DNA of 64,000 nucleotides from Saccostrea cucullata (Eukaryota): NCBI RefSeq assembly GCF_032062105.1, contig NW_026930762.1, positions 124,001 to 188,000 of the forward strand, read 5' to 3'. Shown piece by piece: positions 35,170 to 50,000 of this stretch (position 1 is its first letter; each line of letters starts with the position of its first letter). The notes under the pieces were generated by a model. It saw only the letters and a program-made list of their open reading frames with translations, ran no database searches and was not told where the DNA came from. The position numbers and the translations under genes were made by a program.

Positions 35170-38055
35170 ATTATGAATTATATATAGTGAGATAATATTA
35201 AATTCATGATAAAAGTCACATTCTCTCAAGAAGTTTATTTCACAATGATGTTTGATAAAAATCCTGTTTATGAACAGACTGATGGGTGATTTCAAATGTC
35301 TTTTAAAAATTATCCTTCAACGGAAATGATTAAATATCACACACTTTGTAATTCGACACATTTTAAGGTAATGTGCGTAGGAAAACAGAGTATATGTAAT
35401 AGATAAATGAAATGAAAGATAAAAGTTAGGTGAACTTTGAGCCACAAATTGAATGCAGACAAATTAAGACATTTTTTTTTCAAAAAAGCAAGAATGTTTT
35501 ATTTTGATTACATGGAGACTTGAAGTCAATGTGTGGCTAGAAACACCAGAGATGGAATCAGGTGCTTGGTAGAGGTAAGCATCTCTTGTCTTTTGGCCAC
35601 AACCGCCATAAGCAAGGTGTATTACGTGTAGGTACCATTATTAAAAAATATTTGAAACGACATAAATTTACACTGCAAGTGGAAGCTAACTTTCTGTTCG
35701 GTCAATATTGTGTCACGACCATGGTAAATAATGATGTTCATTTTTTTTAAAACATGGCTCATTTACTTGATGCTTAGAAGGATTTTTCTTTATTAAAATG
35801 CATCGATTTAGGGTCATTTTCCTCTTCCCATTTTGGAGACAACGATCAAAATATTAGATATTTAATTGTTCTCTTTTACTCATAACTGCGATCTATCACT
35901 GTTTGTTTAAGACCGTCGTACGATGAATAACGATTGGTTAAAACGAAAGGTTATAAGGATCACCCGAGTAACCCAAGTGTCCGAAAAATGTGCCAAGCAA
36001 GCAAGGGACACTTTGAAAGTTAAGGCAGCAACAAAAATATAACCATTTGGCGGTCTTTTTAATGAAACTTTAATGAAACCAAAAATTCTCACGATTTGCA
36101 GGGGGAAAACTCACCTTTCTCAGTGGTCACACAGTCTTCCAACGATAATCAGGACTCGTTAAAATTCTTGGATAGTTATAATACAGTTTAAGTAGAATTT
36201 TTAACGAGGATTAAATTTTGGCATTATTAGCGAGGGTGCTGACATCGCTAAAATTAAATATCGCTAAAACTTAATTGCGTATTATATGTGATAGCTTCTT
36301 TAGTTAGCATTTTAAAATCGCTAAAATTACTTCTCGCTAAAAATAAATTACCAGATTTTAGGTAGAAATCGCTAAATTTGCGTCTTAAAAAAACATAAAC
36401 AACCAAATTGTCCTATTGGTTCCAATGCGATCCATATTATTCGACTTTAAAACCATTATGATTATTTATTGATCGGATGTAATAATTTGTCAGAAAAATA
36501 ATTTTTTAGTTTGATTGTTTGTATGTTGTTTTACGTCCCTCTCCAAAAATTTTTGACTTATGTAGAGACGCTGAAAAAGTGAACGAATGCCATCATTAAA
36601 CGGAGTATCGGGTGTGTGTTTTAATGAGATGTTGAAATGTAACCCTTCAGAAATGTATAATGTTTAAAGGACTTGGACACAGAATTGAAGTTTGTTTAAC
36701 CAGAACTTTCTGAGAAATATATTGATGCAAATGAGCGAGCTTTCCGCATAAAAAAAATTATAATAGCGGGTTTAGAAACTCTTTTTTTACCAGGATATTA
36801 TCAAAACATGCATTTCGAGACCCTTCTTATTAAAGCCTAGATCTTGTTCTTTCGCGATGCCATGTTTTCCCCTTTCATTTAAGAATATTTGAAAAAAATA
36901 CATAAACACATGTACGTGTTTCTGAAAAACTTAAAAACTTAAACTCAGAAAATTCAGTACAGAATGAGAAATAAAACCAGTATCGTAAGTCAACACTCAG
37001 TGATGTGCACAAAGTAAACAAATCGAACACATCAGTAAAATGTAAAATGGGAACAATAACAGAGCTTCTGCCCGTGTTTTCAATCTCGGGTGTTTGATGT
37101 GCTGTTATTACGTAATAAAACTTAAGAGAATGCATGTAAATTCAATTCATTAAATTGAAGGCATTTTATAAAGATGGAAAATTAAACTGTATGGACAAAA
37201 TGCTATGTCAACGAGACAAGGACCCTTCAAATGGTCATTTCAGAATTGTGATGAGAGAATATGACAGTGTTCCGAAAACTCAACTTTTAATCAAAGATCA
37301 TAGTACGAAAGATAGGTCTAAATGCTATAAATGTACTCTACAATCTATTTATAGCAGAATGTCAGCCTATAACCATTTTTTACGGAAGATGCAATGATGT
37401 ACATGCACGTGTACGTTTGTCATTTGAAACACATATATTTGTCCAGTCTTTGACAGGAGACAAATGAACAATGAGACTGAATAATCGATTTATTTGGCAC
37501 TTATATTGCACTTCCTAGTAGATGAACCTGGCAAGACTTTTTACATTGGAATTTCTCTTGGATATTGTTACGCATATTCTTGCATCATTTTAATACTGCT
37601 AAAAGAAAAAGAACGGATGCGTCTCCGTATTATATTTGCATACACTTCTTTTTTAGTTACACTTCCCGATTAGCTTAAATGAACACTCCATTCAGCACTT
37701 GAGTTTTTTTTAAAGAATAAATAATAGAATTATATGCTGACCTGTGTAAATTGATCCAATCTAAAACAAAAATTCTAAAAGTAGAATTGAATCTTAATCA
37801 TATAAAATTTCACCTGCCAACTTTACATTTATTTTTTTTGTAAATCTTTAAAGGTGCAAGAAAGACTGACGAGATCTTCAGATGAAACTTTTGAGTAGAT
37901 GCGTGTTTTTAAAAAATATGAATCACGAAACAGCACTCTGAATACTAGCTCCATAAAAATTCACTCGGAACTAATCTGATCCCTGAATATCCATACGACT
38001 AGATATATGATATATGTGATTTTTGGATGAAAAAAAATGATTGCAAGCTGTAAAA

Positions 38056-41000
38056 TTACGCCAATGATGAGGACTGCGTGTTTTCTAGTCTCATATTATC
38101 ATATGACTCTGGATTAGGAAAGGGGGGAACCCCGCAGTGAATTTCATGCAACATACAGTCATGTTGTGGTAATGCCCCGGAGGATGAAAAAGGACCCCCA
38201 TTTGAACCATTGACATGATTACTATGAGTAACCATCTCAAAGGAATTTCTCGGATGAGGACTACTTTTGCTGTTTCTAAGGCTATTCGGTTTTTGAACGA
38301 TTGCGTAAAAATCATTATTGATTTTGACATGGGGAACACCATTTTCCCCGACAATAATATGATTGTCTGGTTGACTAGTCTGATTTGAATTCTGTTCAGT
38401 GGTAGTGTGAGAAGTTGGAGAGGTACTGGCCACCACAATTTCCGCTGAACATCTTGCACTATATCTTCTTCCACCAACCATTTCAGCTGAGACGCCATCT
38501 TCGAAATCAAGGCTATCATAGGAAGCATAAGGATTTTTCTTTCGTTGATATACTTTTGTTGCTTCTCGTAATTCCTCTGGTTTGATTTCATTGTATATTC
38601 CATCATAAGCATTGCTATTTTGAACTGCAGAGAAATGGTTACTAGCTTTATTTGATACAGTACTTTCATTATTATCTCCGAGTAATACTTTAGTGTCTTC
38701 TCTCACATCTTTATTTGATGTGCTTGGTTTATTATTGTCTTTTGATTCTTTAGCTACTTCATAATTGCCTTTTCTGTCTATCTGCCGTGTTCTGCAAAAA
38801 ATAAAGATTAAAAATTTTAGACAAATAGTTTTACTATAAAATTAAACTAGTTAATATCGATATCTGAATATTGATAAAGTATAAAATCACAACTCATGTA
38901 GAATGCATATTTTTCCCCAAAAATTACCATTACGATTGGCCTGAAATTAAAGTGCTGTTGGTGCACACACACCATTCGTTTAATTTTTCAAAATGCATTC
39001 TGTTACACCAATGCACCCAACACCATTTTATTTCAGTTAAATTCTGAACTGCATTCTAGAATTATCTTCCACAACTGAACCACATCAAGTGCAGGCTTTT
39101 TTTTTTTCATTTTTACCTTTCCAAAATTTCAAAAATTTCAGAACCATTTACTGATATCTGAAGTACCACTTTCTCTTTTTTATGCACATTATTAGTTAAT
39201 TTAAATAACTACAAGAGTTATCGAACATTACATAGAAAGCATGCAGTTTAACAATTCCTTATAAAGCTCTGTTTTAAGCAATGTTCCATCACAAATCTTC
39301 ATGTTAGCACAATGTCAACAAATAACTGTTCAAACGTAACTATCTTTCTGATGAACAATACGTCAAAGAAAATTGTTTCATATGATTTCTGAATTGAACG
39401 TTTATAAAATAAAAAAAAGATAAAAAAAAAAAAACAACTTTTTCAATGATAAAAAGTAGTCTTATGACCAATACTTCATTAAAAAGAAGAAACACATGAT
39501 TTCTAAATCGTACGTTTGTAAAATTAAAAAAAGAAAAAGAAATAAGACATTTTTTTATATTTTGGTACGCATGTCGAATAAAAGATTCCCTTTCACTCAC
39601 TGCCGACTTTCAGAATACTTACTTGTAACACACAATGCAGATGGTCATGACAAGAATGAAGGCAACAACGAACAGAAGAAAGTTTATCATCACTATTTCT
39701 GAAAGGAAAATCAAAACATGTTACTGTATTTAAAATAATAATTTAAAGGAAAAACAACATATTGGATTTTATAAGTTCTGAGCCTTCTGGTGAGAGAGAG
39801 GTCCTTTTATTGTGGTAAGTGACAATTATCGCTTATAAAATTAGAAAGTTGAAAGACCATTTCTGTACAAATTTGTTAAGCAAGTAATGTTGCAGATTTT
39901 GTTTTCAAACTTGAATTATAAATAAGTTTCTTTTGACAAAACATAATAGATAAATTAAAATCATGAGTAAAAGTAGAATTTTATATGAGTCAAGAGAGGT
40001 TCTCCATGCAATATTTTGAACACTTTTAAATATCTATGATAGTCTTTCTCTACGAAAATAACGTATCTTTCTCTCTTTACTGAATTCTTGTTAAAAAGAA
40101 ATTAAAGCCAGGCATTGCAGCAGCTCTTTATATTCAGAGTCTATACTTACTCAGAATTAGAGAAAATCGCCTTGGATTGAATGAAAATTCTACAACTGTT
40201 CCATTTCCTATTCACAAAAAATAAAAGGGAACGTTAAAGTGGTTTTATTTTTTTCATAATCATACCCAATCATTTACAATACATATGGTCTTAAGGACAG
40301 ATGATACAAACAGAAACATGGATGCCTGGATTGGTATATATTTTTAGCCTAATTTCACTGAAAATGATGCAAATAATATATTTCTAGAATATAAAGAAAT
40401 TGTAAACCTTCTATGATGTTCAAAATTCGGCCTCTCTGAAACCATCCTTATTAATCTATACAAATATTTTTCACTTCAATTTCCATTTTTGTGAAGGTTT
40501 GACTAAAAATTAAAAAACTTCTCGGTGAAACTTGTTCGTTTTATTCATTAAAACATGACTCAAATCGTTATTTTCAAATTTTTTGACAAAAGGTTGTTTG
40601 TATCATCTGTCGTTAAATAAAAAAAATTAAGACTGAGATACAACAGAAAACTATGCCAAAATAAGCCTCAACTTCAATAACCTATAAACACCTAATTGCA
40701 ATCAACTTTTTTCTTTGAGATAAAGTAATGTTACCTTGTGGAGAGTTATCAGACGATAAATAACCGCCGTCTTTAACATCCTTGGAGGATGCGTAAAAGC
40801 CACTTCCGGTCGTTACCCCACATGGAAGAGTGTAAGGCACATATGAGGGTCCCTTGGGATCATATCCAACAACTGTAAACAATATAGAAATAGATCAGGG
40901 ATGTTTATCAATATTCCCAAAAATAAGAATTAGATCTGAATTGTTTATCAATATTCCCAAATTACTGCGAAGTACGTTCTAACAGATGATTTATTACAGC

Positions 41001-44000
41001 CATGGAACTGCAGATTCTGATTTTTTTACCTTAATATTTCAACACATTTAGATAATATGATTATAAAATGGAATTTACGACAAAAGGATACCTTCATACG
41101 ACACAAGGAACCTATTTCCTCTGTCATCTCCTTTGAAGTAAGAGTAACTCTGAACTTTGACGTCACCACAAGACTGGCGGGAAATATTGACCTCGTGAGT
41201 TTGACAGAAGTATTCCGTCACTGACGTCATTGTACGACAGTCTACGTATTGCACGTGCAGAAATTTAGCTGAGCACGTGTTTCCCTCTGTTTCTTCACGG
41301 GAGTATGCCAAATGAACACTGATGTCTATTCTTTTGCCCAGACCAAGGGACATTTTCCATACACAACCATTTGGATTTCCGTCAGGGTTTTGTGGGAAGC
41401 CTGGGCTTTTGATGATACCAAATCTGGCGGGAAGTGTCTGTGAGTATCCTGTGCATGTTCCGTGTATGACGGAACCTGAAGAGATATTAATTCTTTGTTG
41501 AAATTACTAATTTTTTTTAAATCTTTGATTTTCAATAAAAATGCTACTTGAATTTCAAAAGTGAACTTTTTTTGCATTAAATATTATATATGGTGGCTAT
41601 CAAGTGATACAAATGATTGACATAAATAATTTAACTAAAAATAAATAAGGATAACCCTAATTTCCTCTGTGTGTCTTATCCTTCGTATATTTGATTTTTT
41701 TCAGATATTGTGAAGTCGTCACATAAGTATACAAATCTATACAAAAAGTTATATATATATATATCTTAGTAAGGAAGCCTTTAAAAGCTTACAAGATTTT
41801 AATTTGTTTGAAAAATCATATTTTTTATATACCTCTTAAACATCTATACATCTTAAACTCACATCAGAAATTCATGTTTAGTGGTTATATCAATTAAAGA
41901 AGCAGAAAAGGACATATTTTTATAAGCCGTAAATAAAGTTCCTACTAGATTTTAAACTCAATTTTACCATTTCTTTTTGAACTACAATTATAAAGGGTAA
42001 AGAAAAATTTGACATTTTAAATGTTTTTCATCTGAATATAAGGCAATAAGGAAATATACTTTGAATATTTCATTTAGTTAGAAATTTGGGCAAACCGTGA
42101 AGAGCTCCTCCTTAAACTACGTATTATATTGTGTCCTATTTTGTGAAAGTCGTATGGCAGATGTGTGTTACGTTAGGTTAAGTATCGTTTTACCAGGCTC
42201 TCAAGAAATTGCTTTTTACTGATACTGTTAAAATATTTCCGTAAACTTACTCATATCAAAACAATTTCTCATATACATAGTTTAAGGAAATTAGATATTT
42301 GGTATAGAGAAAATATTTAGCAACACATATAAAAATATAAGCTCCGCCGCAAAGGTGACCTTCGCTATAATAATAGTGGTTTTCAATGTCAAAGAAAAGT
42401 CAAGAATAAGGACATGACCATGAACAATTCTTTCCACATGTTGAGCCCCTTAATGCATTGGTCACTTCATCAACCTAATTATACTTTTACGAGACTAACT
42501 ATGATCCTTTAGGAACAGGGGGTCATTAAAGAAAATTGGGGCTACTTTCAGTGGAGAGACAATTATGTTTAGATTATGGAAATTGCCATTTCCTTTCAAG
42601 CAATATCTTCCAAGTTTCCCCAAAGTAATAGGATTCCAGGCGAAAAGAGGATTTGTTGGTCTTTTCTACATTATTTGCCCATATTAATGCAATTAATCGA
42701 TTTGTAGATTAATGCAATGGTTGGAAAATAATGTAGAGGCCAAATATTCTGTATTTTTTTTATTTTACATTGTACATTCTTACACATTAGTGAAACAATC
42801 TTGCTAGCTAGACATATTTTAACTCCTTACAGTTACTGTGTTATCGTATGTGATTTAATTAATTTCTTGTACATTTGTAGTTATTAATAAAATCTATATG
42901 ATTGTGAAAATACAAATATGACATTGATGTGCGTTTTGATGTATTAAAATAATGAGGATTGATTGATTGTATATCTTTTAACGTCCCTCTCGAGAATTTT
43001 TCACTCCTATGGAGACGCCACCACTTGCCGGTGGAGAGAGCTATACATGGCACTCAAGGCCAGCACTCAGGGGGGATCTTTTTCGTGCCAGGACCTACTG
43101 CAACGAGGGACCTCGATTTATACGGTCTCATCCGAAGCACAGGTCCCCATGTCCTACAGTGGAATTCGAATCCGCAACGAAAATGAGGAAGACTCAAGGT
43201 TCAGCAGGAATAAATCGGGGGAAATTGTGATATTAAAATATGAGAAAAGGAGGTTAGAAAGGGTACTATCATTGTAGAAGGTATGCCTTTCTCCAATTCT
43301 GATTTTTATGTCTTGTCTGATATGGAAGAGCAAAATGATCTTCGTTTGCAACGTCTGAAGATTGCAATTTTGTCCAACTTCGAAGATTATAACTTGTACT
43401 TTTATGATACCAGTATCTATATTTTGTATCATGATAGTATTAATACATATCTTACTTTGAATACAGATGTAATCGGCAATCACAAAAGGCTCTTTACAGG
43501 TCCTCTCAAATCCCAGCATCCTCAGACCGGAAGCGGGACAGTGTTGTTTTCCTTCACACGTGGGAAAGATGACATGATGTAGGTTCCAGGGACAGCGCTG
43601 ATTCATTGTCCCACATTTTAGATTTGTAACATGAATACTGGACCCTGGAGGACACAGAAGCCCCTTGCTTTCCTCGCTACATAGGTTTGTACGGCATAAA
43701 GGAGTATCCTTTACTACGATAAAAGCATAATGATTATGCATATGTATTCACACAAATATGTTATTTTAATTTGAAAAAAAGAAAGACATCTATGCATCTA
43801 AGTTATTTGTATGTGTCCTATGCTAAATTTTTGTCTCATATGGAGGGTATTTGATACTGTAAACGTATTACATTTAGCGGTGTATTCTTTTTAGTGATTT
43901 TGGCAGAAAGAAGAGTTCGCTAATTCAAGTACATTGCTTAATGTCTTGTATATTAACTTTTATAACTAGCAAATTCAGACAGCGCTAAATCAAATCTACG

Positions 44001-47000
44001 CTAACTTGTCGAAAATTGAATTTCCGCTAAATATCGTACACGCCAAATGTAATACATTTACAGTAACTGATGAAAAAATTAAAATGAAAATTATTTGAAT
44101 TTGAAGAGAATAAAAACAGTATTGAAGATGAAACATGTGCTTTGAAATGGAATAAAATAAACAGTGGTTACTTTATTTGAAAGTTACCTGATTCGCACGT
44201 GAAATCCACAAGTACCGTTCTGCTTGGCTGGTCTTGACAGTATGTCCATAACTGTTGTTTCAAACCAATACTCTCACATGACCTTTGACCTTCGCAAATC
44301 GACACAACTCGGTCTTTTTCGGGACAGGTGTAATTATTGGGCATGCAGATAACATCTTCGATTTTCAAGACTTGGTTAGCTTCGCATTTCAGAAACTTCC
44401 CGCTGTTGTTGCAGACGTCTGTTCTTCTCACCTGGTCACCTACGAGTAAACCAAACATTCAAACGACACTGATGCCAGTAGCTGGATTATGCTCTTGTTT
44501 TTGTGTTATTGTTAGTAAAGTGAAACATTATCCAAGGCAACAACATTTCAAAAAATCGTGCCTTTAAAATGGGTCTACTGAGTTAATAAAGTCAATTTAA
44601 AGTATAAAAAAAACTGCATTTGACATTGGCTCCCAAATACAGCAAAATGTAAATAGTCTTACTTTGTACTTTTGAAGTGTTTACTTCTTTTAAATTGTTA
44701 ACTGAAATCGAACAGCTTATTTGCATTTAAATCATATATAATAAAAACATGTCAACTTTAATGCTCCATCAAGAAGTCTGGTTTTGCTAGAAAATTTAGA
44801 TTTTCATCCTGACAGCTGACTTCAGAATAATGAGTGATACAGTCCTTGGGAACTTGTAAAGACCCTTCTTATAGCAAGGAAGCTTTATTACAAATTATGG
44901 TCTAGCACCCATTCGTTGCACCTTCGAGACCCTTATAATTATATAAATGTAATTTTAAAAAAGACAGCTAAAACAGATCATAAATTCCCTCAGTAACTTT
45001 TATTCCTCGATTGGCTCGTGGTAACTCATCTAATGAATTGCTGATCTGTTTTGTGCTGCAGTTGAATTTATATACTGACTCGAAGGTATAGGCATCGCAA
45101 ATTAATTGACGTTTGTACTCAAACAGCAAAAATCGTGTGTGGTTCTTATTTATTTACGTATACTTGGTAAACCTTCCTCTAGTGTATATCCTATGGTCTT
45201 GCATCACGTTACTTTCGTGTTATTAATGAAGTATATTGAGTTTTTCACGGGTAATATTAAATAGCCCATTTCAATTCAATTATTTAGACAGGATGAAGGA
45301 CTGCCATTCAGTTAAAATCTGACTGAAAGTCCACTGAAAGTTGAATGAAAATATCAGACCTTTCAGTGACCATTCAGTTAACAGAATTGTTTACTTACTT
45401 TACGTGTTATATATGACAAATAAAAACAAAATACGATGACAACGTTTATTTTAACTTGTTCCTATAGATGATATCATTGGTTGAATAGTTTCTTATGCAC
45501 ACATTCTTGCTTTTAAATTAACTCTTTGAACAACATCTCCTGAAAGCTTATTTCAATTACTTGTTTTGCTTTGAGAAATCATTATAGTTTCCGAGTTTTA
45601 TTTTTCTGTTGTTGATATTAACATTATCTAATCAATTGTTTTACATGTATTTATCATTTCAGGATGTTCAATTATAAAAACCTTGTACTCAGTATTTATT
45701 TTATGAATCTAAATATATCGAAATGAGACTTGTTAACATATACATTACTTTAATAAAATATGTAAAGCTTTTTACATCATGAAATATGGTATTATTACTT
45801 TTTTTTATATTTTAATCATGTTTGCAATTCTATAAACATTTCATGATCAAATGTAATTATACTAAGAAGAAAATCTTATCGACATTTTCTATATCGTTCG
45901 AAGGTATAATATTAATGCTTTTTACTTTGAATACAAGTTTATCTAAATTGATTTTGCTTCACGCGGATTTTGTCAATGAAGTAAGTCAGAATATATTATC
46001 TATCGTCCCTCTATTCACGCCATATAAATATGGCATACTGTACTGTCTTACTACGATCTTCCCGTTGTTAATTCAACCTTTTCAAGGATACTCCGTTAAA
46101 TTAAAAAAAAAGTCGACAAAATTTGGCCGTCTTGGACCTTTAACTCTGAAAAGAAGGGGTATATGCAACGAAATAAAAGACTAGTAAAGTTCAAAAGGTC
46201 ATCTTAAAAGCATTTACAAAATTTGTAATACATTCCTGGCCCGAAGATGATATCTGCCTAAGGTTTTTAATGGCGTGATTAAAAGACGAGTCGCTTTGAT
46301 GCAGGAAGTGTATGTCTTTTTTTTTTTGCAAATACGTAATTATGCTATTTTGAATCTGCTTTAAAGTTTCTTGACACCTAAACATACTGGAAAATTTTTA
46401 TACTATTTAATTACATGGCTAATCACAACATGATTAAATCTTTATCATGCGTGTTCACGAAGCATGTTTTGAAAGTGAAGCAGTTAAAATATTCAGAGAG
46501 ATATACACGCTTTGTTTACATTATCTCCGTTTATTTGTATTTAACGAGGCTAGGGGGTGGCAGCCATTTTTAGACTATTTCAATCTCCTTTAAAAGGAGA
46601 GCTCCATATAAAGATATACAAAATGATGAAATTCTAAAACTAAAATATATGAATTTTTTCTTTGTCAAATGATAGTTGACAGCTAAAGATACCGTGTGTA
46701 AAAAAATAATTTAAATCTGGTGGTTAATTTGGGATTAATTTGTTGACCCTCCAGCCTCCTTAAACAGTTAAATATCTTCGCTTATCAAAGGGAAACTGTT
46801 CCAAAAAGGGATTCCACCGTCCTATATATAAACGTGGGATCATTCTGACTTCTAATTGCCCTTATCAATCACAACATCGTAATGCCCACTGTCAAAATAT
46901 AATCAAATATATATCTCAAATTAATTAAACATAATATGTGAATTTGTAATGAATAAGTAAATCAAAAATCCTACCTTGTGTCCATTGGGTGAAGATAAAT

Positions 47001-47032
47001 AGCAGAATCCCTATTAATAAAGATGAAAACAT
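38056..47032 (-). CDS. Type I membrane protein: signal peptide, two SUEL/Gal-lectin-like domains, CUB domain, TM, Tyr-motif cytoplasmic tail (652 aa)
   Basis: Exons 47032-46975 (MFSSLLIGILLFIFTQWTQ), 44439-44188, 43713-43456, 41475-41092 (CUB-like GIIKSPGFPQN..GCVWK..RFLVSY), 40872-40735, 40207-40151, 39698-39623 (TM IVMINFLLFVVAFILVMTICIVCY) and 38791-38056. All GT-AG and phase-consistent; 1959 nt. Confidence 0.85.
40295..40612. mobile_element. Kolobok-like MITE (TTAA TSD)
   Basis: TIRs ggacagatgatacaaaca / tgtttgtatcatctgtcg flanked by TTAA. Confidence 0.8.
42958..43200 (-). mobile_element. tRNA-derived SINE
   Basis: (gatt)n tail, tttaacgtccctctcgagaatttttcactc, ggtctcatccgaag core, B-box ggaattcgaatcc. 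Confidence 0.8.
43855..44065. mobile_element. TA-flanked MITE
   Basis: Inverted ends tactgtaaacgtatttacattt / aaatgtaatacatttacagta with internal cgctaa repeats. A related fragment lies at ~36180-36390. Confidence 0.8.
46545..46759. mobile_element. Kolobok-like MITE (TTAA TSD)
   Basis: ttaa-cgaggctaggggg ... ccctccagcctcc-ttaa. Confidence 0.7.
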
Positions 47033-50000
47033 TTCCTGTGAATTCAGTTTTCAAGTCTGCTAAAGGACAAGAACGCAAAAAGGCAGGTGAGAATTCGCTC
47101 AAGCGTGGAAAGGAAATTTAATATATGCATCCCCTGGTGTCAGTTTCATGGTGTCAATATCGTCCTAAATATTTCTTGAAAGTTGAAGAAATTTTAATGT
47201 AACAATATACCTGCTGCCATCGGCACTTCAAAGTGTTTAAAGCACAACCACTCATTCACTGAGTATGTAGATCTCTTTCCTGGTGAAATATATCCTTTAA
47301 TGTTTATTTCGACGGCTGTGTAACATCAAACACAAGGGCGTGTGAACTAAACAAAATGGTGAGCTGATAATTTTCTGTATATTTTGGACAGTTAAACACA
47401 TACCTCTTGTAAATCTCTAATTCTTGACACTGAAATAAACCTGACATCCAAAGAAACACCTTTAATTTCCAAGGTGTCACACGGTAACATTTCACAGTCC
47501 CCAGTAACAGGCCACACACATTATCGCAGGTTATTTTTACTGGGATGAATTCATTTCCAAAGTGAGGACCAATATATTCCCTATCCACAATTGAACACCG
47601 TTTCCGTATAGATATCCTGTGTGTACACGCTACTCTCCGATGAATCTAGAGCTCGTGAAAAACTCAATATACTCCCTTTAATAAATCACCGTCTACCCCG
47701 TGTTGTTAACTCGGTATTTGAACAGAACGCTTATGTCCAAGATTATTTGGTTATTACGGCTAAAGACCGGCTAAGTAAACATTTGGCCGATTTTATAATT
47801 CTTATGCCGATATTAAACCTATAGCTCCTCAGGACAAGTGCCAGCATAAATATCCATTTTGGTCCGCGATCAATTATTCATTCCGCAGTTTCTGAATTCT
47901 GTTGCAGATTTGTCTACACTAACAATAACTCGACGCATAAAAAGATTTTCCTATAATCCGCTTTGCACTTTATTTAAAATAAGCTGGCCATTTCCCTTGC
48001 ATTGGAAAGTTCTTGCACTCTTTCATTGTTTTTCTATTTAAACAAAGAAACGTAATCTTGTTGTTGACAGCCGAGTGTAGAAAGAAAACAGTAGCCGATA
48101 CACGGTCGGATATATTAATTTTCTTCCAGTAGCGTCTCTCAGTGTGTAATTACAAAAATGTCTAAAACAATGCCGGCTGTGTTCCTTTTTCTTTCTTTCC
48201 CTGTTGGATGGTTGTGATAATCTAGAAAGAAACAAGAAACATAAGAGAGATAGAGTATACACTCAGAAATAATCACCCGGTAAATATGGGATAGGGATTT
48301 AACTTTAAGGTTCAGAGAGTTTAATTCAGTTTACTTGTTAAACTAAATTAAATATCTTTCATTTTTTGTGGAGTTTAAAATATTACAAAGTCAATGTTGT
48401 TTCACACTAAAAAAAGTTCCTTTATATTACTAAGTGCCAATGTCCACACTTAGAAAGGCATCAGTGTAATGAGCAATACAAGCACAACAAGGAGAAAATT
48501 TATTATTTATCCAATCACATATAACGTTGTCAAAATCAATACATTAGCTATAGGAAATATGTGAAAAAATCATAAACATTAATTGCATGGTTTGCAAGAC
48601 AGGAACGTCAACACTTTGATAAAAAGAAGCTTCTGTCCAATTGAACCAATATTAATTAATGCATATCCTTTATTCCCATAAATATATGCATTAATATTTT
48701 CCATCGTCTTGAAAATGAGTCATTTATCCAACAGGAACTACTAAAGCAACAAAAAACAGAGCAAGCATGAAATCTCATTTGCCATTTCGCTACCTTTCTC
48801 CTATCTCTGTTATTGATCTATGGACACTGTAACAGCATTCGATGCGATTTCTTTTACACTTCTATGAAATAGTTATGAAGAGAAGACCAAAGTATCCGTT
48901 TAATTAAATCAAACGGTAATTTTTAACTTCACTAAAAGATACAAAATCCAAAATGAGACTGAATTGCAGATTCAATTGTAGACAATTTCAATTTAGATCG
49001 AAACTCTGTTTTTTTTCTCTCCAAAATTGTTGAAGTTATGATTTGCAATAAAACAAAAATAACAAAAGAATCTCTTGACAGTGTTAACGCTTTTGCCCAC
49101 ACATATGACGCAACGTTTGCCGATGTGTCTTACTTCATAAATTGTGCAGAAGAAATGACATATTACAAATACCGTTCTAAGCAAAATGCATTTTGATTTC
49201 TATCAGCACAGAGCACAGAATGAGAAGTAAGAAAGAAGAAAAAACATTCGTCATTTTTTAATCAATTGTTACAAGAGACTGTTTGATTGCATGGGACTCA
49301 TATTTCAAACTGCCTGTGAGTGACATGTTGAATCGTTACAAAAATGAAATTAGGTCAGATGAAGAATTGACAGATCATAACGGATACCAGCGGCTCACCA
49401 AATGATATACTGCCAAGGGAAAATGTATTTTGGATTGAATATTAGTTGATCAATATAAGTGTCAAGTTCTTGATACGGAATTAATAAAAATTTTGATAAC
49501 AAGTTATCACAGAGTCTTTTTTGAGTGTTTTTGTTTTAATAATGCAATAGCAAACCATTTAACTTAGATGTTAAAAAATTACATAGTTACATAACGTTTG
49601 AGGATTACAACGTAAAGAATTGCGATGCTCTGTATATTTTTCTCTTTTTATGCTTTATGAAAAATCTCCATGGCCCGCAGCTGCATGTATCTTCAAGGTT
49701 GAATCTATTTCTAGAGGTTTTGTAGTTGCTTTAATTTGTTTAAGTCCCCTTGGCGCTGAATCAGCTCACATTCAGGAAAAAATTAATTAATACCAGTCTT
49801 AATTTAATGCCTTTCTTTACAACTTGACAGTTAGAAGTAGGCATCTTTCCAGAGTTTAAATAACAATTTATGGCAAAAACGGTTTCAATAAGTTAACATT
49901 TACGTAATGAAATATTAGAATGTGTCCTTGAAGCTTTAAGACCAAACGCAGCAAGCAGAGCTAAGCACCACTTCTCACTTCAAGCTCTTATTCAATAATT

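Noticed and set aside
38091-38669. 192-aa overlapping minus-strand ORF
   Set aside because: Alternate frame of the receptor's last exon; splice phase from the TM exon selects the other frame.
44440-44482. Alternative upstream acceptor for the first SUEL-like exon
   Set aside because: It would include an in-frame TGA; the acceptor at 44440/44439 gives an open frame.
47300-48270. Cluster of short ORFs upstream of the receptor gene
   Set aside because: No recognisable domains or consistent splice structure; probably regulatory or intergenic.
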